DNA from: an uncultured Actinomycetes bacterium | GTDB lineage: Bacteria > Actinomycetota > Actinomycetes > UBA12327 | NCBI GenBank assembly: GCA_903920865.1 | Contig: CAIXNN010000036.1 | Span: 27,165-91,164, forward strand | Length of the DNA: 64,000 nucleotides | Direction: 5' to 3' | Shown here: piece by piece, positions 11,191 through 18,917 of the stretch | How the letters are laid out: each line of letters starts with the position of its first letter | Position numbering within the stretch: the stretch's first letter is position 1 | Made by a program: the position numbers and the translations under genes | The notes under the pieces: generated by a model | What the model was told of the DNA's origin: nothing | Database searches by the model: none | What the model saw: the letters and a program-made list of their open reading frames with translations, nothing else

Positions 11191-11931
11191 CTAGCTGAGC
11201 AAATACCGGACCATAACAGTGTCGGCGTCAGCAAGTACATGGCTGATCTCAAAGGTTGATTCTAGGTCCTGGCCGCTGATCAGCGACGGCGAGATGCTGC
11301 CGACCAAGGTGGGGCTCAGGGTGAGGCAGAGTTCATCAAGGACCTGCTGCTTGAGGCACTGGGCCAACAATTGGGCACCGCCTTCAGTCAAGATCTGGTT
11401 CAATCCCCGCTCACGTAATAGGTCGACCACCTGATGTAGGGAAATTTCCTGACCGGGTAGCTGGATCACTTCAACGCGTTGACTCAGAGCCTGGACAGCA
11501 TTGCGATCAGCGGTGGAGTCGGTGATGACGATGGTGGGGGACTGGATTGCCAGGATGTTCTGCTCGAACGCGCAGGAATGAGAAACGACCACAAGAACAG
11601 GCGGGTTCTCTCGGCCTTGTTCGGCTCGCATGTGCGCGAAGCGTTCATCAACAACCGGTAGCCGGTAGTTCTCGGCGCGCACCGTTCCAGCGCCGACAAC
11701 GATGGCATCACTGAGGCTTCTTAAAAGGTGGAAGATGGTCCGATCGCTTGTCGTAGACAAACTGGCTGAAAGTCCATCGGCTCCGCTGACCTTTCCATCA
11801 AGTGAGGTCACAAGGTTGGCACGCACGCAAGGCACGGTTTCGTCCACTGCGTACAGCCGCACTAGATCCTCAAGGGTCAGCTCAAGTGGAGAATCAATAG
11901 CGGTGGTTTCAGGCGCGGTGAGCAAATACAC
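11191..11931 (-). CDS. RibD C-terminal-domain / dihydrofolate-reductase-like reductase
   Basis: 246 aa. LVTSLDGKVSG...DRTIFHLLRSLSDAIVVGAGTVRAENY...LTEGGAQLL matches the RibD_C/DHFR-like fold signature. Confidence 0.7.
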   Translation of the reverse strand: MYLLTAPETTAIDSPLELTLEDLVRLYAVDETVPCVRANLVTSLDGKVSGADGLSASLSTTSDRTIFHLLRSLSDAIVVGAGTVRAENYRLPVVDERFAHMRAEQGRENPPVLVVVSHSCAFEQNILAIQSPTIVITDSTADRNAVQALSQRVEVIQLPGQEISLHQVVDLLRERGLNQILTEGGAQLLAQCLKQQVLDELCLTLSPTLVGSISPSLISGQDLESTFEISHVLADADTVMVRYLLS

Positions 11932-11985
11932 GGATACACCTTGACATAGCAGCCATTGGACTTCTCGCTCGCGTAGAGTTGGGCC

Positions 11986-12450
11986 ATGGTCTTGTTCACT
12001 GATCGGTTAGCGCCATCACTTGTGGTGATCGGGCTGGTGTTGACCTTGGCTGGTTGCGGTCAGGCTCAGATGGTTGTCGATCAAGCCGGTGCAGTGGCTA
12101 AGAAGGCCGCTGAGACGGCCACCAAAGATGCGGCCACGGCAGCGGTCTCAACTGCGGCTACATCGGCCCTGACGAGCGCGGGAATTTCCCTAGTTTCATC
12201 CCCAGACTGCAAGAGCAAGTTTTCGCTCAATGCAGCTGCCGTTACTGCCACCGGGGATGTGACCTGCGTGGGACGAACGACCGAAAGTAAGGCGGTGCGC
12301 ATTACTTTTACCGGGACCCTTTCGACCAGTGCATGTGAGGGACCGTTAACGATCGTGGTTGAAGATCGCGCCCCCATTGTCGTCAAGACCCTTAAGAATT
12401 GTTCAATCAAGCAACTTGTTGGTGGCTCATCGCAAGGATCACAGTCCTGA
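11986..12450 (+). CDS. Putative lipoprotein
   Basis: Signal peptide with lipobox LTLAGC, an Ala/Thr-rich linker and 4 further Cys. No family assigned. Confidence 0.5.
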   Translation: MVLFTDRLAPSLVVIGLVLTLAGCGQAQMVVDQAGAVAKKAAETATKDAATAAVSTAATSALTSAGISLVSSPDCKSKFSLNAAAVTATGDVTCVGRTTESKAVRITFTGTLSTSACEGPLTIVVEDRAPIVVKTLKNCSIKQLVGGSSQGSQS

Positions 12451-12869
12451 TGATTCAAGTAACCATGATGCTGTGTGACTACGCCCAAGTTGCAGATGGC
12501 AAGTTGTTCATCAACGGAGCCGGTTGGTCGCTGGTTGATTCGCATACTCCACCGTGTGCCATCGCCATGATCGTGATGGTTCCTTGGGATCGCGCTGGCA
12601 CCCCTTTGGAACTTGACCTGGCCCTGATTGATGAAGATGGCAGGGCCGTGGTGCAAGGCACTGATGAGGCTGTTAATCCGATCCGCATTAATGTGCGCAT
12701 TGAAGTCGAACGGCCGGCGGCACAACCTGCTGGCGTTCCTATTGATGTTCCGCTCGCGCTCGGGATTCCGCCGCTTCAGCTATCGCCCTATGGCCGCTTT
12801 GCGTGGCAATTAAGCATTGATGGCCAACAGCGGGAGGAATGGAATTTAGCCTTCTCCACCCGCGCCTAA
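12450..12869 (+). CDS. Hypothetical protein, translationally coupled to the lipoprotein gene
   Basis: The ATG at 12450 overlaps the upstream stop (TGATG). The 139-aa product has a coding-like composition (MIQVTMMLCDYAQVADGKLFINGAGWS...). No assignable family. Confidence 0.45.
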   Translation: MIQVTMMLCDYAQVADGKLFINGAGWSLVDSHTPPCAIAMIVMVPWDRAGTPLELDLALIDEDGRAVVQGTDEAVNPIRINVRIEVERPAAQPAGVPIDVPLALGIPPLQLSPYGRFAWQLSIDGQQREEWNLAFSTRA

Positions 12870-13681
12870 TGCTCTGATTCGACGTGAGCTAGGAACTGGC
12901 CAATGGCGTCCGAAAAGAGCTTCTTGTGCTCGCGGCCGGCCACCACGTGGGGGAGATTGGCAATGACCAAACCTTGGGCACCAGGGATGGCCTGTTCGAG
13001 AGGCGTAGTCAGACGCGTACCTGTGAGAAGGTCCGCGTCCGCGTGGATGACAAGTGTGGGCGCGGTGATTTCTGACAGTCGCGAGCGTGCATCGTGGGTC
13101 ACCGTTGCTTCCACGATGCGGGCCATGCCCTCAAGGTTGTTGTTTAAGTGCGACCACGGGCCCTGTTCACCCAGAAATGAGTCGGCGCGTTCGTTGTAGT
13201 AGTCCGGGTCAAAACACCATTGCGCGCACAGTTGTTGAAATTTTAAGAACCCTTGAGTTTGTGCAATCTCAAGCAAGGTGTTCATTTGATCAGTGAAGAG
13301 TCGATCCGGGCCGACCCAACCGCCCGACATGGTTAACGACCGCACAAGTTCTGGATGGTCGATGGCTAGCCACTGTGCAACGCACGCGCCAATGCCCACA
13401 ATGCCGACGATGTGCGCGGGTGTTCCGCCGACGTGGTTCAGCACCGCGGCTGCATCAAGGGCATGCGCGCGCGTGGTGGCTGCGATCTGCGCGCTGTCTG
13501 TGCTTTGTCCCAGCCCGCGCCAATCGATCAAAACCACGCGTCGGCCCTCAGCTACGGCCCAGGGAACTTGGGCAAAAGCGCCATCGGTGTAGGTGCCCCA
13601 GCCGACCATGACCAGAACCGTGGGACCTTCGCCGTGGACCTCGTAGTAGATGTCCACACCTTGGCTGCTAATCGTTGGCAT
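12866..13681 (-). CDS. Alpha/beta-fold hydrolase
   Basis: Start taken at the internal Met (MPTISSQGVDIYYEVHGEGP...). HGEGPTVLVMVGWG and the nucleophile-elbow-like GIVGIGACVAQ are typical alpha/beta hydrolase features. Confidence 0.75.
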   Translation of the reverse strand: MPTISSQGVDIYYEVHGEGPTVLVMVGWGTYTDGAFAQVPWAVAEGRRVVLIDWRGLGQSTDSAQIAATTRAHALDAAAVLNHVGGTPAHIVGIVGIGACVAQWLAIDHPELVRSLTMSGGWVGPDRLFTDQMNTLLEIAQTQGFLKFQQLCAQWCFDPDYYNERADSFLGEQGPWSHLNNNLEGMARIVEATVTHDARSRLSEITAPTLVIHADADLLTGTRLTTPLEQAIPGAQGLVIANLPHVVAGREHKKLFSDAIGQFLAHVESEH

Positions 13682-13786
13682 GGGGCAATTGTGCCGACCG
13701 CCTGATCTGGCTGTGATCGTGCCTAGAAAAAAAATTCGGCGGCCAAAACAGGGATCACTGTCAGTGGGTCCTGTCATGATTTGGAC

Positions 13787-13806
13787 TTAGCGCAAATCTG
13801 CGCTAA
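13787..13806. promoter_or_regulatory. 20-bp palindrome TTAGCGCAAATCTGCGCTAA abutting a TAACAT -10-like hexamer
   Basis: Perfect 8-bp inverted arms with a 4-bp spacer, 43 nt upstream of the 13850 ATG. GGGAGGAG RBS follows. Candidate operator overlapping the promoter. Confidence 0.4.
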
Positions 13807-13849
13807 CATGGTCTAGCTGGCACAAGCTGGTCAGACGGGAGGAGCACAG

Positions 13850-14731
13850 ATGAAATTTCCAACGTTGCATGTGGGTCGGGGTAGCCAAGTCGGGCCTTTG
13901 ACAGTTTTCCCACTGTGGGCAAACAAGCCCGCGCCGACGAAGCGCTTTTTCAGCAACAAGTCAGGGTCCTTGGCGGTCGCCGAACGCGAAGGCGCACCGG
14001 TGGTTGGCGAACTAGTAGTGAGCAACAACAGTGACGCGCCGGTTCTGCTGTTGGCTGGCGATTTACTTGAGGGTGGTTGGCAGCATCGTGTGATTTCCGA
14101 GCCAGTGCTCATCGCGGCCGGTGCATCAGAAGTAGTCAATGTCAATTGCGTCGAACGTGGTCGTTGGTCTGGTGCCGGGGAGCAGATCAACCGTGGACGT
14201 AAGACTGGTCCACGCCTTCGTTCCAAACTTGAAGCGTATGAACAACTCAAGCAACAAGAAGTCTGGGCAGAAGTTGATCGTTTTTCCACCTCCCAATTCA
14301 CTTCCAAGACTGCCTCTTACATTGACTACTTGAACTTGGTGGAGGAGCAGGCCGTGGGTAGCGACGTACGCCCGCTCGATGGTCAAGTAGGAGTTGTTGT
14401 GGCGGCAAATGGTCACCCGGTCATGCTTGAGGTTTTCGCCACGCACGAAGATTTGGTGCAGGCCTGGGACGCGCTCATTGGCGGCGCCTTGGCAGATACT
14501 CGTGGGGTTCGCTCCGTGCGCACTCCGTCTCGACGCATCCACCGCTTCATTGACGGTTTGGAGTCCGTTGAGCTCAGCCGCAGTTCCAAAGCTGGTTTGG
14601 CCGACAAGGTGGTCGGTCAAGGTGAGGCCGAGGGCTTATTCACCTCGATTTCGTGCGTGGAATGGGATGAGGAATTGGTGCACCTGCTGGTTCTGAATCA
14701 GCGCCACGATCTGTTTGCTGACGCGATCTAA
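13850..14731 (+). CDS. Hypothetical protein (293 aa), family unknown
   Basis: ATG with strong RBS GGGAGGAG. Coding-like composition. No catalytic or binding motif I recognise; no TM segment or signal peptide. Confidence 0.6.
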   Translation: MKFPTLHVGRGSQVGPLTVFPLWANKPAPTKRFFSNKSGSLAVAEREGAPVVGELVVSNNSDAPVLLLAGDLLEGGWQHRVISEPVLIAAGASEVVNVNCVERGRWSGAGEQINRGRKTGPRLRSKLEAYEQLKQQEVWAEVDRFSTSQFTSKTASYIDYLNLVEEQAVGSDVRPLDGQVGVVVAANGHPVMLEVFATHEDLVQAWDALIGGALADTRGVRSVRTPSRRIHRFIDGLESVELSRSSKAGLADKVVGQGEAEGLFTSISCVEWDEELVHLLVLNQRHDLFADAI

Positions 14732-14769
14732 GACCCAGGTCCTAGAGTGTTTGGACAAGGGAATGGGGG

Positions 14770-15141
14770 TTGGTTGTGGGCTGGCAAATTAGGCGCTCAA
14801 AGTACTTTGGGCCATTTCGAGTTTCGCTGACCAAGCGTGGTCTTTCGGGTTCGGTTGGTATCCCAGGTTTTCGGATGTCAACAAATACCCGTGGCCAGGT
14901 GCGGCGAACTGTTCGCATTCCTGGAACTGGTATTTACAACACCAAAATTCTGAACCCCAAAAGCTCTTCGAGTGCGGCCCGAAAGTCCAAGGCGCCAAAA
15001 AGGGCACCTGCCACTGCCACGCAGGCACACCCCGAACAACCACCACCGCCATCGGCACCAGCCAGTTGGTATCCAGATCCGCAGGGGGTTGCCACCTGGC
15101 GCTGGTGGGATGGCCAGGTCTGGACTCAGCACACGGCCTAA
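14770..15141 (+). CDS. DUF4236-like N-terminal domain fused to a DUF2510-like C-terminal motif
   Basis: TTG/GTG start region 14770-14776. N-terminus RRSKYFGPFRVSLTKRGLSGSVGIPGFRMSTNTRG...IPGTGIYNT fits the DUF4236 pattern. C-terminus WYPDPQGVATWRWWDGQVWT is the DUF2510 motif. A Pro/Lys-rich linker separates them. Confidence 0.65.
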   Translation: MVVGWQIRRSKYFGPFRVSLTKRGLSGSVGIPGFRMSTNTRGQVRRTVRIPGTGIYNTKILNPKSSSSAARKSKAPKRAPATATQAHPEQPPPPSAPASWYPDPQGVATWRWWDGQVWTQHTA

Positions 15142-15276
15142 AGAAACTCCTGTGCTGTCGGACCCTTGTTCTATAGTTGCAAACAGGTTATGAGTGAGCG
15201 TCGCATGTGGCCCCTTGGCCTTGTCGCTTCAGCAACCGCGCTTTCCCGCGCACGGTGCTTCCAAGGGTTAAACCGG

Positions 15277-15302
15277 CCGGGGAAGCCAATTGGCTTCCCC
15301 GG
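15277..15302. promoter_or_regulatory. Perfect 26-bp palindrome CCGGGGAAGCCAATTGGCTTCCCCGG; a second hairpin follows at 15309-15330
   Basis: Reverse complement is identical to the forward sequence. It lies 48 nt upstream of the phosphatase ATG and 135 nt downstream of the preceding stop. The next hairpin is GGGTTTTCTGCTGTGAAAACCC. Confidence 0.5.
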
Positions 15303-15350
15303 AAGCGCGGGTTTTCTGCTGTGAAAACCCTGATCGAAAGTTGATTTGTT

Positions 15351-15887
15351 ATGTCATCTGATGATGCTTTAGATGGTTTGTCCCCGCAATGGGTCGGCGC
15401 TGAAGACCTGGAATGGCTGCCTCATGAGATCTTGCCGAATCTGTTTATGGGCGGCACCGGTGATCTTGATGTGGTCACGGTTCCTAAGGACAATCCGGAC
15501 CTTATCGCCAATCATGGCTTTGACGCGGTGGTGACTTTGTATGCGCGAGCTCAACCGGTTGGCTGGGGAGTGGTGGAGCATCGTTTTGGTTTTCCCGATT
15601 CAATGCTCGCTCCCAAGGACAAGGGTCGAATCATTCAAGCTGCTCGCTGGACTCATGAACGTTGGAGTTCAGGCGATCGTGTCTTGGTTCGCTGTCAGGC
15701 GGGTTTGAATCGTTCGGGATTGGTCTTAGCTCTTGCATTGATGATCGAGGGATACACGGCCCAGGATGCAATCGAGTTGCTACGCCAACAGCGTTCGGAG
15801 TTCGTGCTGTGCAATCGCCAATTTGAACGCTGGGTGCAGACCGACGCACATGCTGACCTCTTTGGACAGGATGCGGACGGTGAGTGA
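15351..15887 (+). CDS. Small dual-specificity/tyrosine-type protein phosphatase (CX5R)
   Basis: 178 aa. The active-site P-loop VRCQAGLNRSG is C-X5-R followed by S/G. A candidate general-acid Asp sits in GFPDSM ~36 residues upstream of the Cys. Confidence 0.7.
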   Translation: MSSDDALDGLSPQWVGAEDLEWLPHEILPNLFMGGTGDLDVVTVPKDNPDLIANHGFDAVVTLYARAQPVGWGVVEHRFGFPDSMLAPKDKGRIIQAARWTHERWSSGDRVLVRCQAGLNRSGLVLALALMIEGYTAQDAIELLRQQRSEFVLCNRQFERWVQTDAHADLFGQDADGE

Positions 15888-16254
15888 AGTTTTGACGAAC
15901 TGTCGAGTCCATGGGGCGGGGCACTTCGGACACATGATGCACGAGTGGAAGGTGGTGGGGCCACTTACTGCCAAGCCCCTGCACAAGCGTGGTGTTGAAG
16001 TGCTCTGCCTTGAGGTGGTCGATGTGGTCAGCGACGAAAAAGGGGAATTCGCCATCGTCGAACTCGAGCGCATCGACGGCAAGCTCTTTGCTGGCTTTAC
16101 CCATCGGCCGGCGGACTTGATCAAACACATTGAACACGGGCACCCAGCGGTGTTTAAGAAGGGGATCGGGCGCCTGTTTTTTGAAACCGAGCACTTCATG
16201 ATCTCGAAAGTTCGTGATTTTAAGGATCGTGTGCCCTGCGCCCATGACGTCTAG
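15871..16254 (+). CDS. Hypothetical His/Cys-rich protein, translationally coupled to the phosphatase
   Basis: ATG 15871 overlaps the phosphatase 3' end by 17 nt. The 127-aa product has CRVHGAGHFGHMMHEW, HIEHGH and a C-terminal CAHD, suggesting metal binding. The antisense ORF 15631-16245 has a shadow-like Arg/Pro/His composition. Confidence 0.4.
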   Translation: MRTVSEVLTNCRVHGAGHFGHMMHEWKVVGPLTAKPLHKRGVEVLCLEVVDVVSDEKGEFAIVELERIDGKLFAGFTHRPADLIKHIEHGHPAVFKKGIGRLFFETEHFMISKVRDFKDRVPCAHDV

Positions 16255-16314
16255 CCCAATAAGAATAGCGATGCCGGATAACCAGCATCGCCTTTCTTAT
16301 TAATGGGTCGGGAG

Positions 16315-16602
16315 TTATTCCTGTTCGACGTACAGCTCAACGCGGGGGATGCCAATGACTCCGATGTTGTGCATGCGCTCGCGAAGCAGCGGATCATCGC
16401 GGAAAGCGGCGGCCTGGTCGCGGTTGGCAAATGTGTGGATCGCTGCGATGGTGTTGGGCGAGCCTTCCAAGCGGTACAGGGACTTGGAAATGTAACCGTG
16501 TGCTTGACGAAGGTCCTCTGCGCTCACATAGCCGGCGTACCAGATGTCGTAATCTTCGACGTCGTGTTGGATGAAAAGTGTTGCCATGATGTGTCCGCTC
16601 AT
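16315..16602 (-). CDS. Hypothetical small protein (about 90-95 aa)
   Basis: Coding-like composition (MATLFIQHDVEDYDIWYAGYVSAEDLRQAHGY...). Convergent with the phosphatase pair. A small alpha+beta stress-protein-like fold is a guess only. Confidence 0.4.
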   Translation of the reverse strand: MSGHIMATLFIQHDVEDYDIWYAGYVSAEDLRQAHGYISKSLYRLEGSPNTIAAIHTFANRDQAAAFRDDPLLRERMHNIGVIGIPRVELYVEQE

Positions 16603-16671
16603 TGCGATAGGAAATGTTGCGAACTTTCAACGTATCGGCAATAGGTTGCAGGCGAGGGTAAACACTTACTT

Positions 16672-16749
16672 TGGTGGGCGATACAGGACTTGAACCTGTG
16701 ACCTCTTCCGTGTCAGGGAAGCGCGCTAGCCAGACTGCGCCAATCGCCC
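16672..16749 (-). tRNA. tRNA-Val (anticodon GAC), CCA encoded
   Basis: Cloverleaf read by hand: acceptor GGGCGAU/AUCGCCC, anticodon stem-loop CUUCC-CUGACAC-GGAAG, T-arm GGUUCAAGUCC, discriminator A plus CCA. Confidence 0.85.
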
Positions 16750-16750
16750 G

Positions 16751-16821
16751 AGGTGGAGACGGGATTTGAACCCGTGTAGACGGCTTTGCAGGCCGTTGCC
16801 TCGCCTCTCGGCCACTCCACC
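16751..16821 (-). tRNA. tRNA-Cys (anticodon GCA)
   Basis: Acceptor GGUGGAG/CUCCACC, anticodon loop CUGCAAA, T-loop GGUUCAAAUCC, discriminator U. No encoded CCA. Confidence 0.85.
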
Positions 16822-16848
16822 GCAGAATAAGCCCGAAGGCTTCATCCG

Positions 16849-16921
16849 AGCGGACGACGGGATTCGAACCCGCGACCCTCACCTTGGCAAGGTGATGCTC
16901 TACCAACTGAGCCACGTCCGC
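16849..16921 (-). tRNA. tRNA-Gly (anticodon GCC)
   Basis: Acceptor GCGGACG/CGUCCGC, D-arm GCUCAGUUGGUAGAGC, anticodon loop UUGCCAA, T-loop GGUUCGAAUCC. The spurious ORF 16394-16915 runs through the cluster. Confidence 0.85.
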
Positions 16922-17042
16922 ATAGCACCACCGATGAGAACCATCATCTGGCCAAATCGTGCGTAAGTGCGTCCCGAACCCTAGCCCATAAGCCCCTGCG
17001 CCCGCACAGCGGTCTGCCTGCTCGTGGGAACATCAACGCCTG

Positions 17043-18068
17043 ATGACGCAACAATTTCCGCTCGCAAGTTTCGGTGGCCGCATCGCCACCGGATTGTGCG
17101 ATGTCACCTCTGACTTGTCTGCTTTGGATTCAGCCGGCTGGTGGGCGGTAGCCATCACCTTTGAAGGCGAAGCCTTGTGCGCTCGCTTTGACGATGTTCG
17201 TGAAGGCTCGGCGCCGGTAACTGATTGGGTTGGACCGCCGCGCTCGTCATGGACTACGTCGATGGATCAGATTGCCTATGTCAAAGCTGTTGAGCATGTG
17301 CGAGAGCTCATCGCCGCCGGAGATGTGTATCAAGTCAATGTGTGTCGGATCATGTCAGCGCCACTTCCAGATCCAACAAGTACCGATGTTGTCGGTTTGG
17401 CTCAAGCCTTGCGTGGGGGAAATCCGGCTCCGCATCAAGGCGTGATTCGTTTGCCCGAACACGGTGTTCATGTAGTGACCGCGTCGCCGGAGTTATTCCT
17501 CAGTCGTGAGGGTGATCACATCATCACTCGACCAATCAAGGGAACCGCAGCTGAAGGTGAAGATTTTCTTGCTAAGGATTATGACGAAAATGTCATGATT
17601 GTCGATTTGATGCGCAATGACCTTGGAACGATTTGCCAGACTGGATCGGTGCACGTTGATGCATTGTGCGCCGTTGAGCAGCACCCGGGATTAGCGCATT
17701 TAGTGTCAACGGTCAGTGGCACTTTGCAACCAGACCTTGGTTGGTCGCAGATTTTGGCCACCACCTTCCCGCCGGGTTCAGTATCTGGGGCACCTAAGTC
17801 CAGTGCACTTCGAGCTATTCGCGCACTTGAGCCGGTTCCTCGCAGTTCCTATTGCGGGGCGGTGGGTTGGGTCGATGCCGATAACAAGACCGCGGAACTC
17901 GCGGTGGGAATTCGAACATTTTGGCTAGAGGGCGGTCGATTGAACTTTGGTACCGGTGCGGGGATCACTTGGGCCAGCGATCCCGATGCCGAGTGGGCCG
18001 AAACCGAACTGAAAGCATCGCGGCTACTGACGGTGGCCAGTGGTACGTGGAAGGGTTCTAATTCGTGA
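17043..18068 (+). CDS. pabB: Chorismate-binding enzyme, aminodeoxychorismate synthase component I-like (short form)
   Basis: 341 aa. The C-terminal catalytic region MIVDLMRNDLG...PGSVSGAPK...YCGAVGW...AVGIRT...GAGIT matches the anthranilate/ADC synthase chorismate-binding domain. It is shorter than canonical PabB. Confidence 0.75.
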   Translation: MTQQFPLASFGGRIATGLCDVTSDLSALDSAGWWAVAITFEGEALCARFDDVREGSAPVTDWVGPPRSSWTTSMDQIAYVKAVEHVRELIAAGDVYQVNVCRIMSAPLPDPTSTDVVGLAQALRGGNPAPHQGVIRLPEHGVHVVTASPELFLSREGDHIITRPIKGTAAEGEDFLAKDYDENVMIVDLMRNDLGTICQTGSVHVDALCAVEQHPGLAHLVSTVSGTLQPDLGWSQILATTFPPGSVSGAPKSSALRAIRALEPVPRSSYCGAVGWVDADNKTAELAVGIRTFWLEGGRLNFGTGAGITWASDPDAEWAETELKASRLLTVASGTWKGSNS

Positions 18069-18901
18069 GTATCAAAGTGTGGTTCGATTCAGAGTTGATA
18101 GCGGCCGATGCTGCCCACGTCAGCGTGTTCGATCGCAGCTTTAGTGTGGGCGATGGTGTGTTTGAAACGCTCAAGGTAGACCACTCCACTGCGTTGGCTT
18201 TGACTCGACACGTGAGACGACTTGCACGCTCTGCAGCTGGTTTAGGTTTACCTGAACCTGATCGTTTTTTGATAACCAACGCCGTTGCTGAGCTAATTGA
18301 TGCAAACAGTGCCGAGTTTGGATCAATGTCACGGTTGCGGATTCAGTATTCGGCTGGAACTGGGGGAGCTGGGTCGGAGCGCGCAAGTGAGCGCACGCGC
18401 ATCGTCATTACCCAAACCAAAGCCACGCAATGGCCGGCCACCACGCAGGTGATCACAGTGCCGTGGGCTCGCAACGAAAAGAGTCCCGTTGTTGGCTTGA
18501 AGACCACCTCCTATGCGGAGAATGTGGTGGCCCTCGCGCGCGCCAATGCGGTGGGCTCAGGGGAGGCTCTGTTCGCTAACACTGTGGGAGATCTATGTGA
18601 AGGCACCGGCTCGAATGTTTTTGTTGTTCTGGCTGGTCAGTTGTTAACCCCGCCGATTTCAAGTGGTTGCTTGCCAGGCATCACTCGCGAACTAGTTCTT
18701 GAATGGGTCGGTGCCCGGGAAACGGACTTGCCGATGTCGGCACTGGCGGATGCGCAAGAAATTTTCATCACGTCCTCAACGCGAGATATTCAACCGGTAA
18801 GTCACGTCGATGGACGGCTGGTAGAAATGGCGCCAGGGCCTGTAACCGTGCGTGCGCAGGAGATATTTGCACAACGCATGGCCCAGACCCCGGACCCCTG
18901 A
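18065..18901 (+). CDS. pabC: Class IV aminotransferase / aminodeoxychorismate lyase-like
   Basis: 278 aa. 4-nt overlap with the upstream gene. Fold-type IV PLP motifs (FDRSFSVGDGVFETLKV, ...ITSSTRDIQPV). Confidence 0.75.
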   Translation: MSIKVWFDSELIAADAAHVSVFDRSFSVGDGVFETLKVDHSTALALTRHVRRLARSAAGLGLPEPDRFLITNAVAELIDANSAEFGSMSRLRIQYSAGTGGAGSERASERTRIVITQTKATQWPATTQVITVPWARNEKSPVVGLKTTSYAENVVALARANAVGSGEALFANTVGDLCEGTGSNVFVVLAGQLLTPPISSGCLPGITRELVLEWVGARETDLPMSALADAQEIFITSSTRDIQPVSHVDGRLVEMAPGPVTVRAQEIFAQRMAQTPDP

Positions 18902-18917
18902 TCACCCCCTCAAGCGA

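Noticed and set aside
12081-12725. 214-aa minus-strand ORF across the lipoprotein gene and the coupled unknown gene
   Set aside because: Antisense to two plus-strand ORFs that have better features (lipobox, stop/start coupling). Its composition is shadow-like.
15631-16245. 204-aa antisense ORF overlapping the phosphatase gene and its partner
   Set aside because: Arg/Pro/His-rich shadow-ORF composition. The sense-strand ORFs carry recognisable motifs (CX5R) and are preferred.
16394-16915. 173-aa ORF on the minus strand spanning the tRNA cluster
   Set aside because: Its translation (MAQLVEHHLAKVRVAGSNPV...) is the typical artefact of reading through tRNA genes. It is fully explained by the tRNA-Gly, tRNA-Cys and tRNA-Val genes.
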